Shown one piece after another: positions 37,770 to 50,022 of a DNA stretch of 64,000 nucleotides. The notes under the pieces are model-generated. The model ran no database searches and had not been told where the DNA came from. It worked only from the letters and a program-made list of their open reading frames with translations. Position numbers and translations under genes: made by a program. Source of the stretch: Okamejei kenojei (Eukaryota); the NCBI GenBank assembly GCA_035221665.1, contig CM069155.1:29636001-29700000 (forward strand), written 5' to 3'. How positions within the stretch are numbered: the stretch's first letter is position 1; the number at the start of each line of letters is the position of its first letter.

Positions 37770-38768
37770 CTCCAAACACAAGGCGTAGCTATGGGCACAT
37801 GCATGGGCCCCAGCTACGCTTGCCTCTTTGTCGGGCACGTCGAACACTCCTTGTTCTCGGCGTACCAGGGCCACATCCCCGACCTCTACCTCCTTTACAT
37901 CGACGATTGCTTTGGTGTCATCTCCTGCACCCACACACAACTGACTGACTTCATCCATTTCACCACCAACTTCCATCCGGCACTCAAATACACTTGGACC
38001 ATTTCCGACATTTCCCTACCATTCCTTGACCTCACCATCTCTATTGCAGGTGATACACTCCTGACCGACATCCACTACAAACCAACTGACTCCCACAGCT
38101 ACCTGGACTACTCTTCCTCCCACCCTGCTTCCTGTAAGGACTCCATCCCCTATTCCCAATTCCTCCGTCTACGCCGCATCTACTTCCAGGATGAGGTGTT
38201 CCACACCAGGTCATCACAAATGGCCTCATTCTTCAGAGAACGGGGATTCCCCTCACCCACTATAGATGAGGCTCGCACCAGGGTCTCCTCCATATCCCGC
38301 AACACTGCCCTCGCTGCCCATTCCCCCACTGGCAACAAGGGCAGAGTCCCCCTGGTCCTCACCTTTCACCCCACCAGCCAGCAAATGCAACACATAGTCC
38401 TCCGCCAGTTTCGCCACCTCCAACGTGACCCCTCCACTCGCCACATCTTCCCATCTCCCCCCCCTGTCTGCCTTCCGCAAAGACCGCTCCCTCCGCAACT
38501 CCCTTGTCAATTCTTCCCTTCCCTCCCGCTCTACCCCTTCCCTTGCAACCGCAAGAAATGCTACACTTGTCCCTTCACCTCCCCCCTCCACTCCTTTCAG
38601 GGACCCAAGCAGTCCTTCCAGGTCCAACAGAGGTTCACCTGCACCTCCTCCAACCTCATCTACTGCATCCGCTGCTCCAGATGCCAGATGATCTATATCG
38701 GTGAGACCAAGCGGAGGCTTGGCGATCGTTTCGCCGAACACCTCCGCTCGGTCCGCAAAAACCAACCC
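37770..38768 (+). mobile_element. Penelope-like element, RT C-terminal half and GIY-YIG endonuclease
   Basis: GVAMGTCMGPSYACLF, YIDD, FLDL, YKPTDSHSYLDYSSSHP, CTSSNLIYCIRC and YIGETKRRLGDRFAEH in the open 332-aa ORF 37791-38789. Confidence 0.95.
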
Positions 38769-39044
38769 AAGCATGGTGCCCAGAACTGAACACAATACTC
38801 TAAATGCGGCTTCACCAACATCTATATAACTGCAACATGACCTCACAGGGTCTACACTAAATACTCTGATTGATGGCCAATTTGCCAAAAGCCTTTTTGA
38901 CCAGCTGTCTACCACTCCACGTTCAAGGAACCATGCACCTGAACTCCAGAATCCTTCTGCCTTCTGTACCAGAGAAGCTTAGGAGCAACTTTTATTTGGT
39001 AAATTCACATCTCATGTGTTGGATTTTAAAAGGCCATCTGGTCA

Positions 39045-39745
39045 TAATTCAGGACTAACTTGTTCCTCAGAACACCAAGGATCGGACTGTTCTGCGACCT
39101 CTGATGAAGGGAGATGTTGCAAAAAAAATAAAAGGACGCAAGTGAATGGTTCAGGAAGCTGAAATCCATCTGTGCCATTGAAGAAGATACACCAAACGGA
39201 GCGTACGTAAACAGGGAATTAGAAGGGCCAAGAAGGCCGTAGCAGGACCTTAGTATGTAGGATTGAGGAGAAACGTGAGACATGTTATACATATATTACA
39301 AAGAAAATAGCAAAACAACTCAAGACAAAGGAGCCGGATGAAATTGGCGAAATACTAAACGAGAAGAAGGACAAGCAGGATAGCGAAATCAAGGAGAGGT
39401 ATGTTAATAGTCCAGGGCATGTTGACATCAAGAAGGATGATTTTGTTGTCTCTTGAAAAATGTCAGCTTAGATAAGTCACCATAGCCTAATAGAATCTAT
39501 CCCACGTTATTGAGAGACGCAAGAGAGTAGAATACTGGGTTTTTGGCGGTGACCTTTGTTTGCTCTTCAGCCATAGGCCAGGTGCCAAAGAACCGGAGAA
39601 TATTCAATTGTGTTTCCCTGTTTCTGAAGGACATCGGAGAGAAACCAGAAAAGTATATACCAGTGAGCCTTTCATTAGTGGTTGCGAAAATATGAAGAAA
39701 GCTTCTTCCGTATCAGATCTACTCGCCATCTGGAAAACATTGACT
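39045..39745 (+). mobile_element. Old degenerate CR1 ORF2 fragment
   Basis: Remnants resembling EILNE, KSP-P-GIYP-LL and YTPVSL-LVV-K. No long ORF. Confidence 0.5.
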
Positions 39746-40114
39746 TATTGGCGATGGCACAAGAGACTGCAGAGGCTTCATGGAGGGGCTGATTGGTGGA
39801 TAACATTCAAGTTTGGGGGAGGGGGTGGAAGGGTGAAGATGTCAACAACGGCTGTGAGATGATATGGAAATACATCTGTAGGTTCTGTCATCTGAAAGGA
39901 AGTGTAGGCGAGGAATGGAACAAAATGAGGAAGGTTGGTAGCTGGGAACTGAAGAGGGAAGGGAAGGGGAGCAATGGGGGAAGGAGATGGAGAGTGTCGG
40001 GGAGGAGGAAGAAACTGGTGGAGAACTGGGGGTTGAGGTGGGAATAAGAGGTGTCAGAAAGGGCCGGGATAGATAGGATGAGATGGAAAGGGGTAGCGGT
40101 GTTTAGGGTAATCA

Positions 40115-40585
40115 TAAAATTGAAAATTCAATGTTCAAGCCGTTGGGTTGTGGACTACCCGGATGGAATACGAGCTCCTGTTGCAACAGTTTGACTTTAG
40201 CTTCACTCCGGACGTGGAAGACAGAAACATCCTTGTGGAAATGCGATGGAGAATTAAAATGACTGATAACCAGACGATCCGTGTGGCCGCAGCAGATTGA
40301 GAGCAGATGCTCAACAAAGCTGTCACCTAATCTGCTTTGGTTTTACTGATGTATATGTGGCCATATCGGAAACACCAGATGCAGATTTACACAAAAGGAC
40401 ACAGAGAGCTGGAGTAACTCAGCGGGGCAAGCAGCATCTCTGGAATACATTGATAGATGATGTTTCGGGTCGAGAAACTTCTTCAGGTCTGAAAAAGAGA
40501 TCAGGGCCGAAACGTTACCTGTCCACGTGCTCAAGGAATACTGCATGTACTGCTGGTGTACTCCAGGAGTTTGTGTCTTTCCTAG
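40115..40585. mobile_element. Minus-strand Penelope tail fragment followed by a head-to-head hammerhead pair (~40459-40516)
   Basis: aaattcaatgttcaagccgttgggttgt is the reverse of the PLE QPNG-NI-F end. gatgtttcgggtcgagaaacttcttcag then gtctgaaaaagagatcagggccgaaacgtt. Confidence 0.7.
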
Positions 40586-40899
40586 GTTTGTTCTTGCTTG
40601 TTTCCCTATTATTTTCTTATCATGTTTCTTCTAATAGGCATTACATTTTCCATTAACAGAGTTACTTCAACGATTTGTATTGCCGCAGATTTGTTTCAGT
40701 GATGTGCGATTCTATGTTGTTTATTCTATATAAGTTGTGTTTGTGGTGAAGGATGTGAATTGTAGATGCATCACTAATCCGTTAAGCCATTTTTTCCTTC
40801 ATGATGCCACTCTTTCTGAATCATATTGCAGCTGCACATCAGATGAGACGAAGGGTATCCAAGTACAGTTGAATTGTGCATTTATAAAATTTACACATG

Positions 40900-42218
40900 C
40901 AATAAGATCATAAGGGATAGGAGTAGAATTAAGCCATTTGGCCCATCAAGTCTAATCTGCCATTCAATCATGGCTGATCTATCTCTCCACCATAACCCTA
41001 TTCTCCTGCCTTCTCAACATAACTTCAAACACCTGTACTAATCAAGAATTTATCTATCTCTGCCTTAAAAATATCCATAGGCAGCCTCCACAGCCTTCTC
41101 TGGCAAGGAATTCCACAGATTCACCACTCTTTGACCAAATATCTTTCACCTCCCCTCCTTCCTAAAAAAACGTCCTTTAATTCTGAGGTTAAGACCTCTA
41201 GTCCTCGACTCCCACTGGTGGAAACATCCTCTCCACGTGTACTCTATCCAAGCCTTTCACTATTCTGTACTTTTCAATGAGGTCCCCCCTCATTCTTCTA
41301 AACTCCAGCATGTAAGGCCCAGTGCCTACAAACGCTCAACATATGTTAACCTACTAATTCCTGGGATTATTCTTGCAAACCTCCTCCAGACCCTCCTCAG
41401 CCAGCACATCCTCCCCCAGATATCGTGCCCAAAATTGCTCACAATATTCTAAATGCGGCCATACCAGCATCTTATAGAGCCTCAACATGACATCTCTGTT
41501 TTATATACGAGACCTCTTCAAATTAATGCTAGCATTGAGTTTGTTTTCTTTACAACTGATTCGACTTGCAGATGAACTGCACCAGCACTACCAATTCCCT
41601 TAGCACCTCCGATTTCTGGATTCTCACCCCATTTAGAAAATAGTATATGCCTTTAATCCTATTACAAAAATTCATAACTCCACACTTTGCTACACTATAT
41701 TCCATCTCCCACTTCCCTGCCCACTCTCCCAAGCTGCCAAGTCCTTCTTTAGTGTCCCTACTATCTCTACACAACCTGCCCCTCCACCTAATTTTGTATC
41801 ATCCGCAAACTTGGCCGCAAATCCTTCAATTCCCTCGTCCAGATTATTACTATACAACGTGAAGATTAGCGGCCCCAGCACCGACCCTTGCGGAACTCCA
41901 CTAGTCACTTGCAAGCAACCAGAACAAGTCCGCTTTATTGCCACTCGTTGTCTTCTGCCATCCAGCCAACCTGCTATCCTTTGATACGTGGACTCTCGTC
42001 TTCCTCTGCAGCCTAACGAGTGGCGCGTTATCAAAGGCTTCTGAAAATCGAATTAAACACATCTACTGCCTCTCCTTTGTCTATCCTGCTATTTACTTTT
42101 TCAAAGAATTCCAGCAAATTTGTCAAGTGAGACCTTCCCTTCACAAAGCCATGCTGACTTCGGCCTATTTTATCGTGAAATTCTAAGTACTCCGTAACCT
42201 CATCCTTTATAACGGACT
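40900..42218 (-). mobile_element. CR1 3' portion
   Basis: [23 protein letters not shown] and WEMEYSVAKC on the minus strand; tail at the left end. Confidence 0.9.
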
Positions 42219-42593
42219 CTTATGACCTTATGGCCTTATGGCAGGTGTATATTTAAAAAATGCACAATCCAACTGTAATTGAATAACCGTTGTCTCTCTG
42301 GATCAGTGCAGCTGCAATATGATTCTGAAAGATCGGCATCATCGACATTTGTTTAACAAATGTATTTCGGTTGATCTTTATTAAATTATATATATCCGGC
42401 GGCAATTAATTTTGCAAACTATTTCAATACAATTATCTCCTTCGTTCTGTTCCGCTTATCTCTGCCATGCTTACAAATCTGTATTTCGTTGTTGATTCTT
42501 ACCTCATTACCTTTGTTTGAATAGAATTATACTATTGGGAGTCAGGCCGTTGCAGTAAAAAATAACTTTGCAAGGTCGTGGAAAGGATCACCT

Positions 42594-42621
42594 CTGAAGA
42601 AGGGGCTCGACCCGAAACGTC
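42594..42621 (+). ncRNA. Minimal hammerhead ribozyme motif (Penelope pLTR type)
   Basis: CTGAAGA-A-GGGGCTCGACCC-GAAACGTC: conserved CUGANGA, GAAA and UH boxes are intact. Confidence 0.7.
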
Positions 42622-44654
42622 CCCCATTCCTTCTCTTCTGAGATGCTGCCTATCCCGCTGTTACTCCAGCTTTTTGTGTTTATCTTCGGTTTAAACCAGC
42701 ATCTGCAGTTCCTTCCTGTACACACGACCTTCATTTTTGCAAAAGGTGCTAACTATTTGATTTTTTTTTACAGTTACAGCGCATGCGAAGATGTAAGTGC
42801 TTTCTTTGTGTGCTTCATCCCATCCTATTTTAATAAAGCGCGTTGTTTATGTTGGGGCAAAGGCCACAACTTCTTATTCATGCATAGAAATGTGTTTCGC
42901 ATTTAGTGCAGCAGGCCCCTCACATGCTTTGTCCTCGTTTATCAGTGTCAGCTTTATTTTCTTATCATTTGTGCTGTATAGAATTCTCCTTCTATGTCCA
43001 TTTTCGGACAATGTATTTGTGTCTTGAGTAACACAACAGGAAAAGGATTTTAAAAAAAGTAGAGACAAGGAACTACAGATGATGATTTATAGATTACAAG
43101 ATATAAGATGCTGATGCACCTCAGCAAGTCAGGAAGCATCCCTGAAGAATATGGATAGATCACGATTTGGATATTAATGGCCTGTTGCAACCTATTCATC
43201 ACCCGATGCTTACTAACCATTACATGTTCTATTAAATTGCATGTCTTGAAGATCAATTCTTCGGTGTATTTTCATGATGCACTCAGTGCTTCAGGCTCCA
43301 CGGGTCGAACTTAATATACGCACCACGTTCAAATTATGTCATTTTGTGGATTTACCAATTGAACATATTTTCCATTGTGCGAAAGATACCCTCGGATAAA
43401 TTCCTTTCATCTGGGATGAAACATGTATGCCTATGTGCCTATTTAATACCCTCAATACCATAAATACAATCATTGAAGGTGTGTCCTACTGTATTGACAA
43501 GCAGGTAAGTATTTTCCTGACAATAATAATGTAAACGTAAATGTGATGCTTGTAAGTTATATGGAAGTCTGCATAACCGTTCTCAGGGATCCTTGCAAAA
43601 GTAGCCCCGCTTTTTTGTGACCTGTGTCTGTTGAATTGCTCGCGTATTTCATTTCTGCCAATAGGTCATAGCTAACACACGTTAAAAAAACCCAAAGAAT
43701 TTCTGAATATCATGATTGGAACTCATATATTAACACGATGAAAAGGAAGAAAATATTTGTCCTTGAATCTCGGAATCAGGGCACAGCGGGCAGAAGCCTT
43801 GGTATGCAGTACATGTCGGCATTTATTGAGGTGTATTTTGAGCCCCCCCTGCTCGCGCACATCACCGGAAGCGTTCGGCTTGTGCTATATATTTTAAATA
43901 TATACAACGTATATGTAATATTATTATTTATTTATTAATATTGTAATGCTGCTCCAGTATAGGAATCACACTGTATGGCAGTTCAGGTTCTCGTATTTAC
44001 AGCAGAGGCACCAGACTTTCTTCCGTTGGGTAAAATAAAGTTACCAGCACCACGTCAGTTAAACTTATCTTCGTTTTCACTGACATCAAATGCTATGGTA
44101 TGATGTATGCGTTTTCTCCAAGGACCGATATTGCAGGCGCATATTGGGTCATGGTTTGCTTCACGACAGTACGGTCAAAGTAGACAATATACATTGGTGC
44201 AATTGTAATCAAAACTATTGTGTAATTTTCAACCTGATGTATCTGTGAAGCGAGAGTAAAAGCAACGGTCCAAGTGCAGAAAAATAGGATTAATGTAGAT
44301 GAGTACTTGAGAGTCGGCATGGACTTGATCGCCTCCGCGGGGCCTGTTCACCTTCGGCAAGGACAAAATGACTATAAACCTCAGATCTGCAATCTGCAAT
44401 TATGTCTCATCCAATATGCGAATCGTCAGAGTAAGAAAATCTAGCTTTTTACTTTGACCGGACATTTGCTGAATAAACTCGTGGAACCCTATCTTCCACA
44501 ACAGCACCATGGGAATTGATATATAAAAATGGAAAATAAAACAGTGATGTTCTTTATTCCTTATTATGTTTTATGTTTAAAAATGTTTCGAAGTAACCAG
44601 AGATACAGAATTCGAAACCTATTCCGGTTCGAATAGGCCACAGGGAAAACCATT

Positions 44655-44730
44655 GACATTTCTGATTGGCGCTAAGCAGCAATATCATTTGCATTAATAA
44701 GGTGACACCTCACCGCACTATTCAAAAGCG
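44655..44730 (+). promoter_or_regulatory. IgL cluster B promoter: inverted CCAAT and perfect octamer/decamer
   Basis: CTGATTGG at 44662-44669; TCATTTGCAT at 44685-44694 fits the light-chain decamer TNATTTGCAT; about 105 bp upstream of ATG 44798. Confidence 0.88.
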
Positions 44731-44797
44731 AGACTAAAATACGTTAGAAGCCATTGGGAAACTGTTGCCTTGCCTGAACACCGGTCAGTAAAATAAA

Positions 44798-44846
44798 ATG
44801 ACTTACTGGATCCGACTACTCTGTGCGCTTGCTCTTTGCGCGACTT
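44798..44846 (+). CDS. IGL: Ig light chain cluster B, leader exon (MTYWIRLLCALALCAT)
   Basis: 49 nt, phase 1, GTGAGT donor at 44847. Confidence 0.93.
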
Positions 44847-44960
44847 GTGAGTTCCTTTTTTCATCAAAATTAGTTTTCTCCTCGAGTGCTTCTCAGCGGG
44901 AGGTTTCTCTCGTGTTTTAATTACAAATCATTGTTATCACTGTACTCTTTATTTCCCCAG

Positions 44961-45308
44961 ATTTACGCGCAGAAGTTACAGTGAGCCAGCCGCTTTCGAT
45001 GTCCATCACTCCGGGGCAGAATTTAGAAATAACATGCACCATGTCCGGCGCTACTTTAGGGAATGACAATGTTTACTGGTATCAGCAGATTCCTGGACGT
45101 ACTCCGCGGCTTTTAGTCTATTATTGGTCCAGCAAGGACACTCCTGGTCGAGGTCCGGGAGTTTCAGAGAGGTTTTCCGGATCAGTGTCAGGCAACACGG
45201 GGACTTTCACACTATCTAACGTTCAATCAGACGACGCTGCCGATTATTACTGCGCTATGTGGAAAAACGTTTTAAGATTTGCAAAAGGAACACGAGTGGC
45301 TGTTGGCA
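44961..45308 (+). CDS. IGL: Ig light chain cluster B, germline-joined VJ exon
   Basis: Acceptor tttccccag. Reads ITC, WYQQ, DYYC-AMWKNVLR-FAKGTRV. GTAAGT donor at 45309. No RSS. Confidence 0.97.
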
Positions 45309-47046
45309 GTAAGTAAAATATTTCTTTCTAACGTTCTGTAAGTTCTTATTAACAATAATTAATTGCGTTATCTTTCAATCGGGTGAGAATATCGATGATT
45401 ATCCTTCATATGTTTACTTGTGTACTTCTATTGTAAGCTCCCACCCCTCCTTACCACTTCCCCCCTCAGAATATTGTATTCTGTCCTGATGCAAAACTCA
45501 TAGTGGTCCTGAGATAGATTGCATTAGCTATTAGTGTCATGCGTGTCATATGTTGAACCGAGTTTATTTTCAGCACTTGCTCGTACAAGTTCAATCGAAC
45601 AAAGCCAGTTGCACCCTTTATTATCGGGTTGACATTGCCGAACAAACATAATTATTTTACCTATTTACGGAGAGCATGCGCCCCAGTAAAAACTGATGAT
45701 TTTGACAAGACTCTTTGAAGCCAGTCACATTATACGGGTTGTAGTCACCATCACCCCGTCCCACAAATACCCCAGATTACTAGCTGGTCGTTTTTTTTTA
45801 AAAGTCCAATTGGAATGGAAACTGACTGCTCTTGACGACCCTGTAACATAGCAATACACCCATCAGTCAATCTGCGCATTGAGAGGAAACGTTTGGTTGA
45901 AGGAAATGAACCACTGGAGCTGACCAGACAATCGAGTGCTCGCTTTCACACAATTAAAATTCATTATTTGCGGAGAGCGGAACAAGCATATTGTTTCAGC
46001 TCCACACGTCAGAGCTAGCCTGTTTTGTTAACTGTTTTATCTCCCCTGAAGCTGCCTATTCGGTTGGGTAACCCCAGCGTTTTCAGTTTTTATATCTGGT
46101 TTCTAGTATATACAGGGTTTTCTTTGTTGATCAGAAAGGGTTTTATTCTGCTACGACCGACTATTGAAAGTTTTTTTCTCAAATATCTGAAATTTATGAT
46201 TTAATCTGAACCATCTAATCTCTCTGTGAGCTATGAAAAGATCACTGCATCACCTTGTAAATTTAAAAAATCAACTGTATATTTTAGCTTCAATGTATTC
46301 TCAAATCTTCGGCCAGGAAAAAGATCTGGTGGTCTTCTGACATGAAAACAGTAAAGGGCAATTAACCCTTGCAATAGTGATCATGCGCATCTGCAAACAT
46401 TAAATATGTTGCGTTGCTAATAGTAGTTCTGTACTATATCTGGTTGATATAGTGCTGCCCGAACTGTTTCCCTATTCAGACAATGAAAGAAGCAGTTCCC
46501 TTTCAAAAACGTCAGATCGTTTAGGATGGAGCAACACGTCGAGAGATGAATGAGGTTAGATATAACTAAGATTATAGTTTAAAATGTGTACAACACTGCA
46601 CAGATCACTGGTATAACCCGGTGCAGCAGGCTACGTCACAGCTCCAATATTTGCGACCGCGTTCAATCCCCTCCTAGGGTACTGTCTGTTGGGTTTGCAA
46701 GTTATTTCGTCACAAAATCAATTTCCTTGCACTGCTCCAAGACATGATGTAAGGCTAATAGGCAACTCTAAGTAATCTCTTACTGCAGCAAACTGTCGTA
46801 AGAAGAGGTGTTGAGAGAAGTAGCTAGACTGCAGTCAAATAATGGCGAGGAAGTTCATACCGAAGATAGACATAGAATGGAGGGGCAGTATGACTGAATT
46901 ATCTGCTACGAGTTGGCACGGACCCGACCGCCCGTTTTTCCTCAAACGGCCTAATAAGTACACAAATCCACCTTTGCGTGAGAGCGCAACGGAAATCGAG
47001 ATCAATCCCTTTCTTGTCTCGAATGAAGCAAAATGAGATTTTATTA

Positions 47047-47228
47047 GACCGAAGATAGACACAAATGCCGGAGTAAATCAGTGGACCAGAGAATCCGCAT
47101 CTCCGGAGAGAAGGAATGGGTGACGTTTCGAGTCGAGAATAGTTCTGATGCCTGTCCCGCTGAGTTACTCCAGCATTTTGTCTATCTTCGGTATAAACCA
47201 GCATCTGCAGATCCTCCCTACATATTAC
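47047..47228. mobile_element. Short head-to-head Penelope-tail element in the J-C intron of cluster B, with TSD
   Basis: 13-bp TSD TGAGATTTTATTA at 47034-47046 and 47229-47241; partial minus-strand hammerhead (gacgtttcgagtcgag). Confidence 0.8.
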
Positions 47229-47426
47229 TGAGATTTTATTAAGGTAATGTTTGATTTATCCCGAAATCCTCATTGTAAATTATATTTCAGTAGCTAGATA
47301 CACGATGTGAATGTATTATTTTGAAGCGGGTGGACGTAAAGGCTATTACATTGGTTATTACATTGACCTTTGATCCGAAAGTAGTGCTTCAATTATTATT
47401 TAGCTGCGATCTTTTTTTAAAACCAG

Positions 47427-47749
47427 ATCCTCGTCCCCCTGCCGCATCCGTTTTACCACCTTCAGCAGATGAGATGAGAGTAAAGGGCACCGCCACCCTG
47501 GTGTGTTTGGTGAGCGGGTTTAATCCGGGTGCTGTGGAAATTCAGTGGACTGTGGACGGCAGTGCGAGAAGTGATGGCATTGAGACCAGCCGGATCCAGC
47601 AGGAGACGGACAACACGTTCAGTGCGAGCAGTTACCTGACTCTACCAGTCTCAGACTGGAAATTACACGAGCTGTACTCCTGTGTGGTTAAACACGAGAC
47701 TCAGGCAAACCCAATTCGGGTGGATATCGCGAAATCCAGCTGTATGTGA
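47427..47749 (+). CDS. IGL: Ig light chain cluster B, constant exon (lambda-like type II), intact
   Basis: aaccag|AT. Reads PRPPAASVLPPS...ATLVCLVSGFNPGAVEIQW...YSCVVKHETQANPIRVDIAKSSCM-stop, with both domain Cys and the penultimate interchain Cys. AATAAA at 48025-48030. Confidence 0.97.
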
Positions 47750-50022
47750 AATGGAAATGTGCTAATCGAGAGAGTTTGTTTATCATGATTATTTTCTTTT
47801 ATTTGATGCAATGTGGAAATGTATTGGTCTCTGGAGTATTACATTTACCAGCTACATTTCGCACGTAAAGCTTATTTTTTATGACTTGCTCACTTTAAAG
47901 CTATTCTGTCGACAAAATACCAGTACTATTTACAGCCTCAAGTTTAATTAATATGAGTTTAGTACATCCAAATACTTGGCAAATGCCAATATGTGACCTT
48001 AGTGTTGTTTGCAGCCTTTGCGAAAATAAATAAACGAATCTTAAATGCAATGCAATAGCCTTTTTTTTCTAATGCAAAATATGTTGACCGGGAATTAGAA
48101 TACTTTTGATGTTTCCACCCTTTTTTCTTTGGAACCGATCTCCTCCCAATGTACAGTGGATGATTAATTTGAATCCTGTAATTATAATCAGCCTCGGTTA
48201 GTTGTAATGCGATACCGCGTACGACTGTGGGTACCAGGAAATGTGGGAAAGGTATTTGACGATGGCAGTCATTAAACAACATCAGTTTGATAGCAGCCCT
48301 GCCAACATGTTCTACGTCAACACAGATGAAGCACTGAATCCACAGAACACTTAGTCTTAGTAGGAAAAAGAACCACAATCTTATTTTTCCTGCATCGCAT
48401 TCTCCTATTCGTCCAGAGACTCAAATTCGCACCAAATACCTCCAAAGATTAGTTTTTGAAATAAGTATTTTCTGCCCATTGACGTTTTAACACAATCCAT
48501 TTGTACATTTACAATTAGCCAATGAGACTCAATTCAATTTAAAAAAGATGAAGATTAACTAGTCAATAAAATTCAATCGATCCAGATAACACTTTTTTTT
48601 AATATAGCAGAAGAGATAGAATCCACGGAAGATACACAGAGCAGGAGCAGTATAATTTTTCAGTGAGTGGAGGACAGGTCATGTAAATGTTGTGCACATC
48701 ACACTCAGTTATTTACAGCGCTGTGGCTATAAGCTCGATTGATCAAATAATTAGGGAACGGCCACCACTATGTCCGTCTAATACGCTATTGTTGCTACAC
48801 GCACGTTTAAATTAACTTTACATTAATTTGCATGCTGGTTAACATCTTTAGGATTGCCTATATTTTCATTATGCGGAGGTCCCGTGTTGGGCTTAGGAGG
48901 AAGGAATACGAAGATGATCATCGCCTATGAGAACCAGGGACATAGTACATTTGTAAAAATACATTTTGAAGGAATCATACAGTCATAGTTATGCAGCATG
49001 AAAACATAGTTCAACCCGTTCATGCCATTCAATACATCCATCGAAGCTCCTCCAATTTGCCCGGTTTCAATCTAGACCTTTCCTGTCTGGATATAATGAA
49101 TGCAAAGAAAGCACTGCCGATTAATCTGGTAGGAGAACTATGCACTTGTAATAAAACACAGGATACCAGAAGGACGTCTCCGTTCTCTGAATGGATGTTA
49201 TAAAGTGAAACATGGCAGTAACGGAAAGAATTAGCAGAATAGCACGCTGACAGAAAATAATGATTAGAAATTGGCACAACATATCTTCCGCTTAATGTGA
49301 AAAGACAATGTTTCAACTAAAATAACGTGTTTTTTAATTTTCAAGCTCGTCTGCTTCTTCGGCAAAACTGGGCGGCAACTTCCCAATAGTCGTCAAGAAA
49401 GGAGTCTCACAGAGTCTCTGACCAGAAGGGTCCATTCGCATACCGTCGGGAGGTAGAGAATGCTTCGCCACAACACCACTTGTCCCAATACACAGAGCAT
49501 TAACATGCATTTACGATTCATCTGTACGAATACAACGCACAATGATCTTTAATTTATTTTGCCTGTAGGTAATTCAGTGGGGCACATATTAAACAAACCT
49601 TTCGATTTGCAGGCTGGTTCGCTCTCCACGTGTAGCTGGTTTGATCTACTCGGGATAAAAGCCAGAGGAGCAAACTGCGTGATTATAGATGGGAGGGGCG
49701 AGGTTTCACCAGTGCAGTGCGTCATTGTGTGGATTATCTATCAATATATCTTCTATGATAGAGAAGAGTCGAATAGCTCAAATGTAGTATTAAATGCTCT
49801 AAATAGTAGCGTAAAGCCACATAATCAGCGAACTCGCGAAAGTTAAAGCTGACTGGACAACTGGTTGACATTTGCTAATTCACCGTATCAGATAGCATCA
49901 TTGAGACATACGGAGAACCGACGGTTAGGGTCGGGATCTTACTTCAAACTGATTGTCGTGCGCGGGGGGGGGGGGGGTGGTCTGACAGAAACGTGGGATT
50001 GGTGCTGCAAAGCTAGGTAAGT

